In this document: piece by piece, positions 60,605-64,000 of the stretch
How the letters are laid out: every line of letters starts with the position of its first letter
How positions within the stretch are numbered: position 1 is the first letter of the stretch
Source: Bacteroidota bacterium
GTDB taxonomy: Bacteria; Bacteroidota; Bacteroidia; JABDFU01
DNA length: 64,000 bases
Assembly: GCA_016183775.1 (NCBI GenBank)
Contig: JACPDY010000002.1
Location: 16,060-80,059, forward strand
Reading direction: 5' to 3'
The notes under the pieces: generated by a model
The model's database searches: none
Told to the model about the DNA's origin: nothing
The model's input: the letters and a program-made list of their open reading frames with translations, nothing else
Made by a program: the position numbers and the translations under genes

Positions 60605-62155
60605 GTGGGATTACTTAAGAATAAAATGATACAATTAAAACAACTTTGGGAAGAAAAACCGCTGAAACTTATCATTTTTGCCGGACTTTTCTTCAGGGCA
60701 TTAGCCGTTATCTTCTCAAAAGGATTCGGCATGCACGACGATCATTTCCTGATCATTGAAGCCGCTCAATCCTGGGCCGATGGTTCCGACTACAATTATT
60801 GGCTCCCCGGCTCCGGCGCCACTCAGCCAAGCGGTCATAGTTTTTTTTATGTAGGATTACATTATTTTCTATTCCGCTTATTTAACCTTATCGGCTTTAC
60901 TGATCCTGACGCTAAAATGTATGTTATACGTTTTCTGCATGCCGTATTTTCGGTGATCACTATCATACTTGGTTATAAAATAACCGAACATTATTCCGAC
61001 AAAAAAAATGCGCGCACTGCGGGCTTGTTACTTGCCATTTATTGGTTCATGCCGATGCTTAGTGTACGCAACCTCGTGGAAGTGGTTTGTGTTCCCTTTT
61101 TATTATACGCAACCTGGCTCATCATTATAGCTGAATCAAACAACAAACAAACCACTTTTTTATATGCCGGATTAATTGCGGGCCTTGCTTTTTCAATTCG
61201 TTTTCAATCCCTGTTTTTTGTCGGCGGATTCGGATTATACCTGTTGATAAAAAAACAATTTAAACCAGCTATTCTGTTTGGGCTGGGCGCTTTTTCCTGT
61301 ATGGCATTGATACAGGGCCTTATTGACTACAATACCTGGGGACGACCCTTCGCTGAGTTTTTTGAGTACGTTAATTACAATATGCACAGCCCTTATGCAT
61401 ACAGTACGCAGCCCTGGTACAATTACTTCCTTACATTAGGAGGGATCCTAATTCCGCCGGTAAGCCTGTTTCTGCTAATTGGTTATTTCAAACTCTGGAG
61501 AAAAAATTTACTGCTCTTTCTGCCTGCATTCCTTTTCCTCGCCTTTCATTCCTACTTTCCCAATAAACAAGAGCGCTTTATATTTCCGATCGTCCCGTTC
61601 ATCATTATGCTTGGCATTATCGGATGGAATGAATTTATTGATAAGTCAGGCTTTTGGCAAAAGCGGCAAAAATTATTGCGAGGCTGTTGGATATTTTTTT
61701 GGGCATTGAACATATTATCCCTGTTATTCATTACCTGCTCTTACTCCAAGCGCAATCGCGTAGAGGCGATGTTATACCTGCAAACAAAGGGCGATGTAAA
61801 GAACCTGATCATTGAGGACAGTAATCGTAATGACTGGATGATGCCTCCTTTGTTTTATCTGAAAAAATGGATATCTCCTTATGGAGTAACGCAAATATTA
61901 ACACATGACACACTTAAATTTAATTTGCGCACCGTGCCTGTTCCTAAACGGCCCAATTATGTGATTTTTATGCAGGCCGAGAACCTTGATAAACGTGTGG
62001 CTGATTTCCGGAAAAATTATGCAACGCTTAAATACGAAACTACTGTAGAACCGGGTTCAATGGACAGATTGCTTCATTGGTTAAACCCAAACAATGAAAA
62101 CAATACCAGCACCATATATAAAATAGAAAAAGTGCTGCCCGATACAATTCGTTGA
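60605..62155 (+). CDS. polytopic membrane glycosyltransferase-like protein (GT-C fold; GT22/PMT/ArnT-like)
   Basis: ~12 predicted TM segments; N-terminal loop motif GMHDDHFLIIEAAQSWADG resembles the HPDExFQ..E loop of GT-C mannosyltransferases. Confidence 0.4.
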   Translation: MGLLKNKMIQLKQLWEEKPLKLIIFAGLFFRALAVIFSKGFGMHDDHFLIIEAAQSWADGSDYNYWLPGSGATQPSGHSFFYVGLHYFLFRLFNLIGFTDPDAKMYVIRFLHAVFSVITIILGYKITEHYSDKKNARTAGLLLAIYWFMPMLSVRNLVEVVCVPFLLYATWLIIIAESNNKQTTFLYAGLIAGLAFSIRFQSLFFVGGFGLYLLIKKQFKPAILFGLGAFSCMALIQGLIDYNTWGRPFAEFFEYVNYNMHSPYAYSTQPWYNYFLTLGGILIPPVSLFLLIGYFKLWRKNLLLFLPAFLFLAFHSYFPNKQERFIFPIVPFIIMLGIIGWNEFIDKSGFWQKRQKLLRGCWIFFWALNILSLLFITCSYSKRNRVEAMLYLQTKGDVKNLIIEDSNRNDWMMPPLFYLKKWISPYGVTQILTHDTLKFNLRTVPVPKRPNYVIFMQAENLDKRVADFRKNYATLKYETTVEPGSMDRLLHWLNPNNENNTSTIYKIEKVLPDTIR

Positions 62156-62928
62156 TAATGGACCTCATTTTCTTAACCATTTTCGCTTTCATCGCGGGCT
62201 TTATTGACTCAGTAGTCGGAGGCGGCGGACTCATACAAATGCCCGCGTTTTTTATTTTCTTTCCCCAGCTGTCTGTTGCAACTGTATATGGAAGCAATAA
62301 ATTTGCAGCCTTTTCAGGCACATCTGTTGCCGCGTTCCGTTATGCAAAAAACACACGCATCCCATGGGATGCGGTGATGCCGGCACTTATAACGGCTTTT
62401 ATTTTTTCCATCCTGGGGGCAAGCGTTGTAAGCCTGATCAACAAAGAAGTTATCAAACCCATAGTGCTGAGCCTGCTTATTGCAGTCGCCATTTATACAT
62501 TTACCAAAAAAGAGTTCGGCCTGCATCACGTTCCAAAGCTGGACAAAAACAAAACACTTCTGTATTCATTACTCACCGGTGCGGCACTTGGTTTTTACGA
62601 CGGGTTCTTTGGCCCTGGTACAGGCAGTTTCCTGATCATGATATTCATTAGTGTGTTCGGATTTAATTTTCTTATTGGATCCGCTTCTGCCAAGCTGGTG
62701 AATTGCGCCACCAACATTTCAGCGCTTGTCTTTTTTATATATATGGGGCAGGTCCGTTATGATATTGCTATTCCAATAGCCTTAAGCAACATGGCCGGAT
62801 CGTGGATCGGTGCACGCATGGCCCTTAAAAAAGGGAGCGGGTTTGTACGTGTTCTTTTCCTGGTAATTGTTACAGGAATGATAATCAAATTCGGGTATGA
62901 TATTTTCTTCGGGGAAACACAACGATAA
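62152..62928 (+). CDS. sulfite exporter TauE/SafE family membrane protein
   Basis: FAFIAGFIDSVVGGGGLIQMPAFFIFF motif and a second half-repeat (GFYDGFFGPGTGSFLI); 258 aa with ~8 TM helices. Confidence 0.75.
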   Translation: MIMDLIFLTIFAFIAGFIDSVVGGGGLIQMPAFFIFFPQLSVATVYGSNKFAAFSGTSVAAFRYAKNTRIPWDAVMPALITAFIFSILGASVVSLINKEVIKPIVLSLLIAVAIYTFTKKEFGLHHVPKLDKNKTLLYSLLTGAALGFYDGFFGPGTGSFLIMIFISVFGFNFLIGSASAKLVNCATNISALVFFIYMGQVRYDIAIPIALSNMAGSWIGARMALKKGSGFVRVLFLVIVTGMIIKFGYDIFFGETQR

Positions 62929-63030
62929 ACAAATAAAAATCACTACAATCTTAAAAAAGGAAAACCTTTATGGAACGGAACTAAGTCCATTTATACCATC
63001 GGTATTACTTTCTCCTTTGCCATCTAATGA

Positions 63031-64000
63031 TCACGGTACACTCAAATTAACATTTATATTACACCCGTTTTTATCTTTAATATTTACGCTATAATTACCC
63101 GGGCAAAGCTGGTTTTTATACCTGTTGCTGTAACCGCCCGGCCAGGTATAACTATATGGGCTGGTGCCGCCTGTTGCAGTTACCATTACCCATTCCTTGC
63201 AACCACAGCCGGTACAGTTGGCTGTTCCCTTAGTAAATTGCCCGACTAATGCACATCCACATGGGTTAACAGTAATATAATTGGCTTTTGTAACACTATC
63301 TTTTTTACAAATTGTGGTAACTACTAATTTAACATCGTGTGTACCGATACCGGAAAATGTTACGGTAGGCTTTACCGAGTCTGAACTTGCAGGATTGCCT
63401 CCGGCAAATTCCCAATGAAATTTATAGTCAGTGGTATCGCAGGAGTTATTTATTGCCGGAGTAAATTTAACGGGTGTATTTATACATGTATTGGTAGTGC
63501 CGGAAGTGTAGGTTAAATCGAGGACTTTACCTTCACAAATATTAGCGCATAATGAGGCTACAAAGGCATCGCTACCTCCGGAATAATACGGAACAAAAGG
63601 GCCGGCATAAGTTGTTTGGAAAGCACCTGTTGTTACAGGGTATCCGCCATCTGTAGCACCAGTGATATATATTGAATTACCATATACAGTTATTCCTCCT
63701 CCTGGTTCCAGATCATCCTCCCCTGTACCACCCATATATGTTGCACATAATTTTTTACCGGCCGGGGTAAATTTCACTATTAGCTGGTCTTCGATAAAGG
63801 GCGATCCGCTGGGATTTGTACTTGAGCCTCCGTTAAATACCGGTTGATAGCTGCAAACATCAACAAGCGAAGCGGTAGCAACATCTTCTCCCTCCATCAG
63901 TAAATAAATGTTATTATTTATATCCGTTGTAACGCTATTTCCAGTTTCATCAACACTTGTTCCATAAAAAGTCGCCCACAAACGGGTACCTGATGGATCG
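63031..64000 (-). CDS. C-terminal part of another SBBP-repeat secreted protein with PKD-like domain and the conserved Cys-rich C-terminal module (paralog 7; continues beyond the window)
   Basis: ...WATFYGTSVDETGNSVTTD (SBBP), PKD-like segment, C-terminus GQFTKGTANCTGCGCKEWVM...NLSVP-stop. Confidence 0.7.
   Translation of the reverse strand, partial: DPSGTRLWATFYGTSVDETGNSVTTDINNNIYLLMEGEDVATASLVDVCSYQPVFNGGSSTNPSGSPFIEDQLIVKFTPAGKKLCATYMGGTGEDDLEPGGGITVYGNSIYITGATDGGYPVTTGAFQTTYAGPFVPYYSGGSDAFVASLCANICEGKVLDLTYTSGTTNTCINTPVKFTPAINNSCDTTDYKFHWEFAGGNPASSDSVKPTVTFSGIGTHDVKLVVTTICKKDSVTKANYITVNPCGCALVGQFTKGTANCTGCGCKEWVMVTATGGTSPYSYTWPGGYSNRYKNQLCPGNYSVNIKDKNGCNINVNLSVP

Overview
Bacteroidota-type chromosome segment (T9SS type-A C-terminal sorting domains, SBBP/SprB/PKD architectures, GldJ/K-like FGE protein).

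Positions 1-23000 are mostly housekeeping:
- The 3' edge of an integrated element: two small ORFs, a large serine recombinase, then an antisense tRNA-Ser(GGA) with its terminator.
- A CPBP protease, dusB, a FtsX-like permease, an OMP, a methyltransferase, rbfA, an MsbA-like ABC exporter, a HicAB toxin-antitoxin pair, a DUF4143 ATPase, a T9SS cargo protein, an L,D-transpeptidase, dnaX, an M16 peptidase and icd.

Positions 23119-57864, plus one more copy at 63031 to the window end, form an unusual accessory locus between icd and uvrD:
- Eight Sec-signal-bearing giant proteins, all on the minus strand. They have a shared N-terminal domain, SBBP beta-propeller repeats and SprB-type or PKD repeats.
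- Every one ends in the same invariant ~70-aa cysteine-rich module (CxxCGCK-W ... PY-Y-W ... RYKN-LCPG ... NGC ... P-stop). It is not a type-A or type-B T9SS C-terminal domain and has no hydrophobic tail.
- Three paralogous ~517-aa AT-rich cytoplasmic proteins lie convergently, 6-63 bp stop-to-stop, against three of the giant genes.
- In the middle sits a 7-kb co-directional operon: a GNAT/N-acyl-amino-acid-synthase-like protein, a PP-loop amidotransferase-like protein, a GldJ/K-like FGE-domain protein, a small T9SS cargo protein, an acyl-AMP ligase and a thioester-type NAD reductase.

Evidence of active recombination in the locus:
- A 192-bp duplication of the ligase 5' end created a chimeric start for the FGE-like gene.
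- A ~35-bp relic of a C-terminal-module 3' end sits upstream of one giant gene.

Other notable points:
- Two apparent 1-nt frameshifts in A-runs (uvrD and a T9SS cargo gene).
- Four different tandem 7-bp repeat tracts inside uvrD.
- Long palindromes in two divergent promoter regions.
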